This document shows, piece by piece, positions 14,701 to 26,700 of a DNA stretch of 62,000 nucleotides (positions within the stretch are counted from its first letter, which is position 1; every line of letters begins with the position of its first letter). The notes beneath the pieces are model-generated. The model worked only from the letters and a program-made list of their open reading frames with translations, was not told the origin of the DNA and did no database searches. The translations under genes were made by a program, and so were the position numbers. Where the stretch lies: NCBI RefSeq assembly GCF_001949145.1, contig NW_019091400.1:1302001-1364000 (forward strand). The letters run 5' to 3'. This DNA is from Acanthaster planci (Eukaryota).

Positions 14701-17700
14701 CCTGTTAGTATAACTTGTCTCTCCTTTCAGCTAACATGATATTGCTAACAGGCTGTACATTGCCCCAGCCTGGCCCATCATTCATGAACATATCAAATCT
14801 CAACAATAATTACGTTGTCACGACCGTCTGATGTAAACCGATACCCAGACTGAGTTTATCCGGCAGTGACGTTTTTGGCCGTTCAAAGTTCCTGTGAAGA
14901 AGGGAACAGAATGTTAATGTTTGCTTGTTGAATGTAATTAGACTCATTGTATACATTTTCCACTGATGCTACATATATGTATACTATGAATAGGGAGCGT
15001 TTTATAGTCAGTTCATTGAAAGTGATTTGTGAAACCGACTTGTCATTTTTATGTCATGAGATATTTCATTCATTTGTTCACAATTTATTGGTTTCCTGAT
15101 TGACTCCTTAATTGAGACCGTGGTTTATTGATTGATTTGCAATTGGGTCATTTTATTAATTTTGGGGTGCAATTTTTTTCTGTCCCAGTTACACCAGGCA
15201 TGCATATGATTTCAAAGTTTAGAGAACATTCTTTATTTCCCATGATTGAGTAAGTAATGCCAATTACCTGCCAAAAAATACAAATAGTTTGAAATGAATT
15301 TCAGTGATACTGTACATCTCTTGTTGAATCACACATTTCAGGTGTAACAGGGACAGTAAAATGTCACATTTTGGACTCCAAATGTATAGAGTGAACCAAT
15401 TATTATTTACTTACATGTTCTTTTCCTACTTGTACTTGCATGCTTGATCACCGGTTTGCTTGATTGATTGCTCAATTGCTCACTCTGAGTCTCTGGCTCA
15501 CTTGATTGATCAATTGATCAAATGATTATTGATCATTCATTGATGTTGTTAATTTCAATGAAGTGAAGATATGACAATGATTAAATTGATTCATTTTTCA
15601 TCTGACTGAGCTAATGATTAGATTTACTGGTACACCAATCTCCTCTGCGGTGGTAATTAGATGTTTTTCAGTTGATTGATTTGATTGATCATATTTTGTC
15701 TCCACTACAGCAACAAAGAAGACTTGACCTGTTGACCATCTCAGCACCAGGTATGTAGAACTGGCCATCATTTATTAAATTCACTTGACAAGAATGATAT
15801 ATCCTCTGCAGATACGGCATCATCAGAGCTCCAACAGTAATGGAAAATCCTGAAATATCCTGAGAAAAAATGTCCTGGAAAAATAATGGAAAATTGAGAG
15901 AGAAAAAAAAGGTTTTCTGGAATCCTGTTATCAGAGGGAAAAAACTCATGGATGTTAACATCCATGAGTTTATTTTTGGTGGACCACTCTTGGTGTGATA
16001 ACAGAATCATAATAAATTTCCAGGCCAACTCGTCAATCTGTAGTACTGACTGTGGCAATCTTCCAATTCAAAATAACAACAACTTTTTCTCTGCATAATG
16101 GCATCAAATGTCATTGAAATTGTTATTTAGTTTTTACTCCCAGAATGTCCTGGAAAAGCCTTGAAATTTGGTTTTCCGATTCTGTGTGAATCCTATTAAT
16201 CAAGTTGGCCTACATGTAGGCATATTTCCACTAGCTTTTCAGAACCATAGAAATCTTTATTTAAATCGGCAAGTAAACTTTTAAGGCTGAGTCCATTCAA
16301 TTAATTGAATATTTGACCTTCCATTTAATTGAATTCTTGAACAATAAGATGTACCAAATTGTGACAAAGAAGAATTACATATGAACATTTTTACAAAAGG
16401 TAAAACAGACAAAAAATGAATTTGAAGGAGATATAATGTTTAGCATCATTGATGGTCATACTCATTTAAGTTTACTTGTAACACCTTAATTGAAATATGC
16501 TTTTAGAATGCAGTTTTGGAACAGACTAATTGAAGATTTTGCTCTTTTTTCTATTGATTTTCAACTCCAAATATTTAATTTTAAAATGAATAGTCAATTT
16601 GTCAACAATCCATTTGATATCTGAATAATCAGCACAACCCATAAACTTGATGAACAATTTTCTGTGCTTGGCATCTTTGTGAAATCTGGTGGGGGCAGTT
16701 ACATGTACATGGTTTGCTGGAAAGTGTGGGGGAGACTGGTGAACAGGTGAAATGGGCTGAGCTAGTAGCAAGTCATATGCTTAATAATGGCGGATGCTCT
16801 GTTTTTGCTATTGGCAAGAGTCCAAGAATTTTGAAATGCTTCGCAGGTTCGTAGCTTCCACATGTAACTTTATCTCCCCATGAAAAATTTTCTTTGGACT
16901 TTTAGATGTTTGATTGAATCAGTAAAGTGAAAGTGGAAGAAGCTTGTCGTTTGAAGGTGTTTTTTTTTCAATCAAGGAGTTTGCCTCCTTTTAAACTGAT
17001 GGAGGAGAATAGACAGACTCAATATGCTTATTTACGTGTGTGCCAATGTAGAAGGAGAAAAGGCATGGCTTTTAGGGTGTGGCAGATGAAGGTGTGTGGG
17101 GATGGCTTAGCAAGTTGCTAGACTTGTATCTAGTCCTTTCCTGTCTGAAGCACTGTTCCTCGTGTCTGTCACTCACTCCATCTACTGGTGTTGTGGTCAG
17201 CCAGCATTACTGATGAATTGACAGTCAAGGAGAATGCGCCAATCAGCACTGGCGGTGCCCGTTGAACAGGTGATGTTGATTGGCTGACACTCATCTCTGA
17301 GCCGACAGAGTTGTGTACAAGTAAATGAATCTTTGGGGAAGGTGAGAGAAAGAGAGAGTGGGGAAGGAGATTGAAAGGTAAAAAATGTGGAATTGTGAAT
17401 GACTAATGGTCTCATTTCCTCAGTCGGCTTGTCACGCAGCCGGATTTAAATCCCTGGTCCTAGCAAGATGGGATAAGATGTGCACAGTAAGTTGTGTAGA
17501 CAGAATCCGTGTGGGGACTACCTATGCACTATCACCGTGTACACAGAGACTGAACTATGTGAGTCTCCAGTTGACATAGTACTGAAGTTCTACCGTACAG
17601 AATGTCCCCTTCCTAAACTGAGTGTGCTCTCCAATTAAGCTCTGCCATAAATTGCCTCTTTTCAAGCTACTGTGTGCTGATAGGAAAAACCCTCAAATGT

Positions 17701-20700
17701 GATGAAATTCATTGCATACTTAGTGATATTTGCAATGAAAATTAATGAGTAGTTTGTCAGAGTTTGTTGATTCGTGTTGATTATTATTATTTCTTATTCT
17801 GAAACTCTTATGCAGTCAAAAGGTCTTTAGAAAGTTTTACCAATTGAACCTTTTAAAATTCCAAGTGTCCACCATCTCCACAAATTCTATTCTTTTTGGA
17901 AACATAATTGGCCCAAATAGGCAACCACAGTGAACCCATGCTGTGACATTGTCCTCATGTACTCCCAAGTCCCCTCTCCAAGTAGAGGGTAGCAATTATA
18001 GCAGTATATCCTGCTCAGGGACATACATGTGGATGCAGCATTGAGTGTTCTTCTCAGTCACAGCAAGCCCCTTTCCTAAAGCTCATGTACATGTACCTTT
18101 CTTTTGCACAGATTCACCACCGCCAATTCATCCTTCCTTTTGATGGAATGTCACTTTATACATATACATGTACTTGTAGGTTACCTCATTCAGAAGCTGC
18201 CAGTATCCACTGGTACATTCAGAGTCAAAGTCAGCGCAGTGCTGTATTCATTGTTTACCACAAACCACCACCCTCCCTCCCCCCCCCAAAAATCGCCAAT
18301 GGGACTCACTCCAGGTTATATGACAGTACTTCCAGAGAAAACAAGGTGTGATTTCATACAGTACAAGGTTTAATCATAGCTGACACATTGCATGGTCAGT
18401 CTACCAGGCAAGGCATCCCTACACGGCAGTACTAAGCCCAATATTTGCTTAAAGCCTTGAATTGATGTATCTCTTTTCACGCTGAAAAAAAAAGGAACTT
18501 CAGCTTGGATCTAATCAGTCATATTTTGCCAGGAAAGAAGATCCAAATTGTCTGGTCTTCTCTCCCAGGATGACTGATGGTGCTTGTCAAAAAAGGTTGA
18601 CTGAATCTGAGACTTTTTCTTTAGTGACTGATATGTTCAGAGAAATATCTCTCAGTTTTTTTGATAGACGGGCATGGCTGTCTAGATAACAGCAAACTGA
18701 TGACACCTGGCCGTCCACTTTCGAATTAATGTCTTCTCTAAATGTTGAACAGAATTTGTCGACTGTCGGCTTTGCCATTCACCTGCATGTAATAACCTAT
18801 CAATACATGCTGTATTTATGTGTAGTCCGGCAAACCACATCAAGTTTGTGCAAGTAACAGAAAGCCAAGTCATAAAAATGTGTTTGAACTGTCACCAAAA
18901 TATTGATCTGCAAAGATAGTGTTGTAGGCCCACCTAAGTTGATCCACTGCAATGGAAGCCCTTCCCATCCACTGCGGCCCTACAAGTCTCTCCCTTTTGT
19001 ATCTCAAAATGGGTCAATCTTATGACTTTTAAGAGAGGCATTTTAACTGAAGTTACTCAGCTAGATGTGAAACACTCCACGCTTTACCTGTATGCTCCCA
19101 GGTTTCAAGTTTACATGTGTGTAACTCAACTGGAGGTTTCTGCATGGAAGCTTTTCCTGTGAATTGTTTCTTAGTATCATTTGAGGAAACATAATTTAGT
19201 ATATTTGGACATAACAGCTTCATTTACAGACTGTGTTGGCATGTCTACTCAGAGTACATCTTTTTGATAAAATCCATTAATTTGTATTCTTTTTTCCCCG
19301 TTTTTGAAAGCATTATGGAACTTGTACATGTACGTGTTTGCCACATGCGTAATTGTGCCACTCACACACTGATGTGTTAGGAAACTTTATTGCATAAATG
19401 GCTCTCACTCAGAATTTTATTGATAAAACCATCACTTAATAAACTGCCACCTTCAGATTATCCCAAATCAAAACATTTCTTAAATTTCACCCCCCTTCCA
19501 TCTCTGAAAATCAATAGAGGGTCCCTGCTGCCTAGCCCACATAATTTACCGGAATTAAGCCGTCTCCCGCCATCGCCTTTTATAGACGTTGTTTCGCACA
19601 CGTCTTATTTTGTATCTCCGTGCCTTGTGCGGCTAAGGTAGTGCAGAATCTCATGCATGTCTAACAGGCAGGCCACCACCTGTGACAGCCAGTTTCCACC
19701 TGACTGAACCAGTTTGAACCAGTCTGTGTCTGTTTGAAGGTCAAGGTGTCGGTATGAATTAGCTATCCAATCACGTAGGTAGGAGTCTGGCTGAGTTATG
19801 GTAGTTGCACCAATCAGGGAGATCCATCTTATTTTTGTGTGTGTGTTTAGGGGTTTCATTTATTTCATTGCCGGGGGGCTGAATTTGTTCCCAATTAAGT
19901 TGTGTGCTTGAACGGAAAAACAAAATAAGTGCTCCCAGTCATTAAAATAATCACTTTTGCACTTTTTTGTTGTTGATGGAGCCGTTTGAATGTTAGCTGA
20001 ACATTGGTCTCGTGGGCTGACAATGTATCAGACCTTTAACAAAGCAGATCATTTTTGGAAATAACCTGATTAAAAAAAAATGTTTTGTATTCATGTTTTA
20101 GAAGAATTGACTTTGGATGAATTCATATTGAAATAGCTAAGAATTTTACAGACAGAATCATTTTCTTGTTTTCAAGAATCATTTTTCTTGATGGCCCATC
20201 TTCCCCCCTGTCAAGCAATTTCCCATCAGTGCTGTGGGGAAAAATGGACAGAAATTGCCCTGACAAGTTGCAGGAACAGTCTTGTTTACTCTGAGAGGTT
20301 TGAAGTGCTCCCCAAGGTCTACTGCATGTGCTCCGTGTCAAGGTTATGGGCTGTTTTACAAGGCAGGCCGGGGGCCCTGACAGTGCCGTTAAAAACATCT
20401 CCACTTAAGGCTACCTGGTTTTTGTCTCTCAGCCAAGCGTATTGTCCAATTTCCCTGGCGCCAGCCGTCCTGTGCGGCGGATCCATAAATAGATTTGAAT
20501 TTGCTGCCCAAATCGCAGAAATCACGTAATCTCCCTGTGTACAACCCGCCCATCACCCCCCTACCTACGCTCACACATACTAGCCTGACATGGAAAGTGG
20601 TACCTCTCTCGGTTTTTTTGTGTGTGTCTCTCCCTACCCTTCCACTCTTTCCCCCTTCTATTTTTGTTAAAGCTGTTTATGCAAACTTGATTACAAGCGT

Positions 20701-23700
20701 GTGGTAATTCTGCAGCAGAATTACACGTTGTCCGCTGGCCGAACACGCTTGGGGGGGTAGAATGGGAACTGGCCAAGCGTGAGGGCAGACACTGCCGGCG
20801 CAACACCTCGGGGGGCTCTGTAACGGTACGTTTGGGAAGAACGGCCGTGCGGTTTGTACAGATGTGTGTGTGTGCACGGCAGGCAGCACGGGGTTGGCAC
20901 GCGCAACGCGGCTACATATATGTGTGCCGGCCCGGCCAGGTCTGATTATATCAGCTACAAGTGAAGCCAGCGAGGTGAGAACATTAGGCTGATTCGTTCT
21001 TAACGCCTCGCCGTCTACCTCCTCGCAAATCAGATCAATCAAGGGAGTAGCCCAGGCCTACCAAAAGGTGGTGTGTTGAGAGAACGACAGAGAGGAAAGG
21101 AGAGAAAGAGAAAGAAGGGGGAAAAAATGGGATGAGGGAAAACAAGAGGAAACACAACCACCGACTAACAAGCAGGCAGCATGTAATAAGCTGCTTAACT
21201 CTTCCTCTCTCATGCTCGGGCCGATGCGAGCGAGAGGCCGGCGCCAGCACGTAGCAGCACGTAGCATAGATTCCGCGGCTTCGCACATTTTGATTTGCCA
21301 GAGCACTGGAAATCAAATTTGGAGGCCCGCCCGCGCTCCAACAGTCTAATTTGTTTTACCGCTGCTGGGTGTGACCTTGACTTCAGAGCAAGCTCTCTGG
21401 ATGCACGCACAGCCTCATCCCTGAGCCCCCCCCTTCTCCCCGGTGTGTACCATCCCAGCCACGTGTTTTCATTTCCCTTCCATGCCAAAGCATTGTGCTA
21501 GAGCATGTCTTACACAGTACCATTGTGTTCTCTTCCCTCCTGTCTTGGCACGGGACAAGATCAATTGCGGAGATTATCACAGATATCCATCTCTTCTCGC
21601 CGCGTATATCCACGGTCTTTGCGCCAAAGAAATCTGCCTGCTGAGCTCTGCCAAGGTTACTGGGAGCTCTCCAGCACATCCTTGACTAACAGAGTAAATG
21701 AATGGGGGATTATATTCAAGGAGAAATGACAGAGTGGGTTTGTGATCCTGGTTGCATTTTTAGGGGCATGTTCACTTGAGAAAAACCTCCCAATGTACCA
21801 AGAAGGTACATGTATTTGTATTGACTTTCGAGTTAAAGTACATGTACTGCAGTTGTAAATGCTCAGATAATGGTTTCAAACAAAATCGAATTCTGTAATC
21901 CAAAAAGGTGTTGATTTGGGGGAAAACAAAACTTGTATGTAATCTGATCTTTAGTAGTTTCTATACAGTTTCTTTCATAGGTTATGATGTCATAATTTGG
22001 AAACTGTTCTTAACATTTTATACATCATGAGCAGCTCGTCCTCAAAGGAAAAGGCAAAGAACTTTTTATGGTTGGCTACCAGTATATCATCTTGAAAGGC
22101 CGTGAAACAGCGGTCTTTTTTTTGTCTAGAAACAATGTAATTGTAGAAAGAATACCGAATTCTGTGTAAGATTTGTCAAGGATTGCTTGCTTCAGTTGCA
22201 AGGTTTAGTGGCACTTATAGCTTATCCCTCATTTGATCTCACTCAAAACTCTTTAAACTTACCGTTGCCAGAAGTTTGTTTATGCCAACAATGGTCGGCA
22301 GGTTTCAACAGGGGAGAAAAGGGAAGGAAAGTATGAATCACCAGTGGCATCCGTGACTCAACGTGTGTTAAAGTCAAGAACATTCAAGCAGTGGTTGGAG
22401 GGAATGTTGTAAGCTGTTTAGAGGGCACCACATGCATGCATCAATGGAATTTGGGGGGGGGGAGAGTAAAGTACTCGGGGTTATTGGGATGGGGGGCAGG
22501 TTGAGGGCTGTGGATGGCCTTGTCTATTGGGGGGAACCCCATGCCTCAATTGAGCTGACTCAGAATCTGAAATCGACTACTCGAGTTTAGTTCCCTTCCA
22601 TCGACTGGAATCCCCCATGAATTTTTATCCAAGGTATTTGTGAGATTAGTCATTCGTCGTATTTTAATGGATACCAAATTCTTTTGAGAATTAGGTAGTT
22701 TTCCTTTTTCTTAAGGGAAATAATAAGGAGTTTTTCACAAACTTGTATTTACTTATGAATGACGCTCTATGCCCATTTTTAAACTGATTTTTAATTTTTG
22801 ATTTAAAATGTTTGATATTAGAAACCAAATTAAATAGAAATTGAAAAAGTGTTCATTTTTTTATCATTATTTTTCTGTCATGCTGTCTGTGGTTTCTTGT
22901 CTTTGCCATTTTTCAGTTAGATACTGGTACTTTCCTAGTTTACAGCATTTCTGTTTTTGTGAGATAGAGAAGGCGACCAGCCCCATTCTATCTCTACCAT
23001 GGAGAAAATACTCTTTTTGTTTAATTAACTCCCCCCCCATATTTACCTCGTCCCGTCCTGACATCCATCACAAATGGCAAAAAAAAGGAGCAAAACTTAG
23101 GATGATTCATAGCTTTGTAGTTGATCAAGTTCCTGAAATGGGATGGAATCATCAACTTGGATCTCAAGATTTAGATTCTCAGATTTCACGATAAACCGAA
23201 GGTTAAGTACATGTACGTGTAGGGTGTTCTACATCTACATGTAGATGGACCTAATGCAGAATTGATTGCAGGATAATTGCCTTGTCCAGTCAGTGAAATG
23301 TCATAGAAGCTGACAGTCTTGGGTGATTTCCCATCATAGATGGTCTGAAATCTTGTTGGCCCTCCACCCGTATGAAACCTTTTTCTTTGAATTATATGTT
23401 CTCACTTTTTGAACCTCAAAAGCACTGCTTAAAACTCTACACAGACAACAAAATGACAAGGGTCATTTTCAGTGACATACTTGCATTTCTTAATGGAGGC
23501 CTCTGTGAAATGGTGAAATACTTTCAAAGGTTTATATTTCGTGAGAATTTAAACAGCCTGTTAGCTTGAATTTCTGCTGAAAAAGCCTGGATGTACCTTC
23601 ATGGAATGCTAGAAGGCACGGTCGTATTCGTCAAGTTGTTTTTGCATTTGAAGAAAGACAAATGTTAACAGTGTGTAGTACTTGCATGAATCCACACGTA

Positions 23701-26700
23701 CATGAATCTCTGCTGTAACCATATGCCGTATACAGGTACATGATAATACTAATTGAGTGTAATGTATGCTCAGGTTCAGTAATGCGCGCGTGTGCAAGAT
23801 CGGGCAAATTAGAGCCAGTGAATTTGCGATTAAGTAAAAAACAAGTCAACTTTTCTCTTTTATTTCGTAAAAGGCGGACCGGAGGAAATAGCCTGTAGCA
23901 TCGCAGGAACGATTTCTGTGTACTGATTGCTCATGTCGTTTCCTGTCATATCATTCATATTATGCAGTCAGCCTGACTTGAGATTAACCTGAGCTGAATT
24001 TCCTCAGGGCTAAGATGTAAATTTTTTTTTCTTTCCCTGTCTCCTCACCTCTCAATAGATCTCCTTTTTCTTTTCATCATCGAACGACAGCGTTAATTAA
24101 ACTCCTGCAGTCATTAATGCGTGGTGCATTCAGTCGGCCATGCATTAGCATGCCTTTAACCTCTAATGCATTCAGCACTGATTAACGGCTAGTTAGCCTT
24201 TGGAGAGATTGACGAGTGAAGAGAAGAAAAAAGGTAGAGGGGGTTAAACGGAACCTTCCAAATGGCTTTGGGAGAGGGGGAGGCTTTGTAATTGGGGTGA
24301 AAGGGTGACTTTTAGAGGATGTTTGTGGGGTCCTGAAAGCCAAAGCTGGAGGGGGAACAGATAGAAGAATACTAGATGAGCAAACGGTGAATGTACAATT
24401 TTAGGGTTTTTATTTTCGGCAAGTTGTCTTTGCTCAGCACACCCTCAATCCATTTGTAGTCAGCAATCAGTGTTGACATGAGATTTACTCTTTCTGACAC
24501 CCAAATCTCTTTTTCAATGCATTTGACAAGCCAAAGTAATAATTTCTAAACAGTCCTATTGCTTCCACTGAGCATGGTCAGACATTGTATTGTCTTCAGT
24601 GGATGATTTCTTACAAAAATAAAGCTTTCGTAGCAATTGACAGCTTAGTTTGATTTGTTTTTCATTTGGTTCTTGCCGCTACATTTAAAACTTCAGACAC
24701 ATTAGCCGTGGTCACAGACCAATCATTCTTCAAAATCAGCTGGATAATTCCCTCCAAGCGATCCCACGGACAATATGTAAAGCAGCGAAGGGCTTTTCCC
24801 TCTTCAAAAAATTCGCCCCTTTTCATGTTCTGCGCGGTTTGTTTGAAAAATGCCCGCACCTCAGGTTTTTTCCTTTCCTTTTTTTCTTCTTAACTTTTCT
24901 TTGTCTACCTGACTTGCTTTTGAAGTCAAGAGAGGTAATTTGAATTTTATGGACCAGTCCTGGAGATGTCCATGAATTTTCATGCAGCGACGTGAAGTGC
25001 CCGCCGCTGGTTTAGGTGTCACAGCCAGCAGCATGCCATGACATTTATTTTCGACCACAGTACAAGAAAGAGCCTTTCTTGTCCATGCACAGTCTTTCTG
25101 AGCTCCTTCCCAAGGCAAACTTTGCACCACCGGAAGCTCATCCCCGTCCCCCCCCGCCATGAAAAAAATATACAGAATTTCTTTTTGCCCGCGTTGTTAC
25201 CGGTGCAAATGCTTGGGGCCATTCTTGCTCATTTTGGAACTTTTCTTTTTGCGTGGATTTTTGAAGTTGCTTTTCTTCTCAGTCAGGAAATAGGCATAAT
25301 CCTTTTGGCTGCCCTGTCCGCATTCCTTTCAGCCATGCTTTTTGTTCCTTAGTAAGATTTCGAAACGTGTCAAGACCTCTTGAAACCTGTCCTGGAAGTA
25401 CATGTATTTGATGCAGTTACATGAGTAAGAGCCTTGTTGTGGCTGTAATGACAGATGACAGAGACAGACGGTGTGGTGGGAAAGGATTGGCCTGTACTAA
25501 AAAAACAAAACAGGGACAAAAATAAGTTGGTAACGCAAAGAGAACTAAACACCTCGTAGTGCTGGGTGTGCATTTGAGGACATATCCATACTTTTTTTAT
25601 TTTGGGGGTTTCATATACAGGAAACTGCTGAACTTCAGCCATGAACCCAGTATACTGGGTACCCTGGTAATGTGTTCTTTCTATTGCTCACCTTCCGACT
25701 TTTTCAGTTTGTAAAGATGAATCACTTGCCAAAAAAGGTGCAAGGTAAAAAAAACAACTCACTCTGCTGAATAGGACCTGTTGTTCGTGAAAAATGGAAA
25801 TGAATTAACAAAATTTGAAAGGAGGGAATTTTGAACTTGGGAAAAAACTTTTGTAGTGTGTGGACTGAGAAGCAATCCATCATCAGTCCGTACAAGTCAA
25901 TCACAGGTCCTCACAAGCCCATTGCAAAACCTCACAAGTTACTCTGTCCAAAGTCTCCACACAAGCTAGTCAGACTGTGGCCAAAGCTTACTTAGTCATG
26001 TTTTACTCCCTTGTTTACTTTTGATCAGACTAGTGAAACAACTTTTGATACACTTGTGACCAGACTTGGTGTGAAATTGGCTGCAACACTGCTGAGAAGA
26101 TACAGAACATTAGAACTGAAATGTATCCTCTTCAGAACGTGTCCATCAAATGCGTGCTTTTTAATGATCTCATGTATTTCTTTTGTGGAGGAAGGGTTTA
26201 CAGAAAACACAGTTCACGGTTATTGTAGCCGACTTCCACAACATGAAATGCAAAACCTTTCTAATTAACTCTCACTGTGATGTTCAATCTGAATAAGGAT
26301 CCAGTATTTCCTAGTGAAAAATGAACGTTTTTTGGAAAAGGAATGTCAATGACTCCAGAAAAGTTGACTGTACAACACATGCAGGGAGGCATGTGTGTGG
26401 GGGGGGGTCTCTACAACTTATTCCTAAAATATTCCACGTAAGTTGTCATCTCTTTATATCCTCAAGGAAGTCGTTGGAGAGTGACACATTAGATCAACAG
26501 AGTGGAGAGCAAAATTGCCACGTGTAGTGTTTGCGGAACTCTCTGGAAATGAAAGTTTAAAAGCTTCAAGAGTGCAGAAATGTTTCACTACCAAACACCA
26601 TGGACTCTTGGAATGAGAATTATTTCCCCTCTGCCCCCTTGGGGGAAAACAATCGAATCACATAGATTTTTTTTTTCTCTTTCAATCAGCTTCTTGTAGT

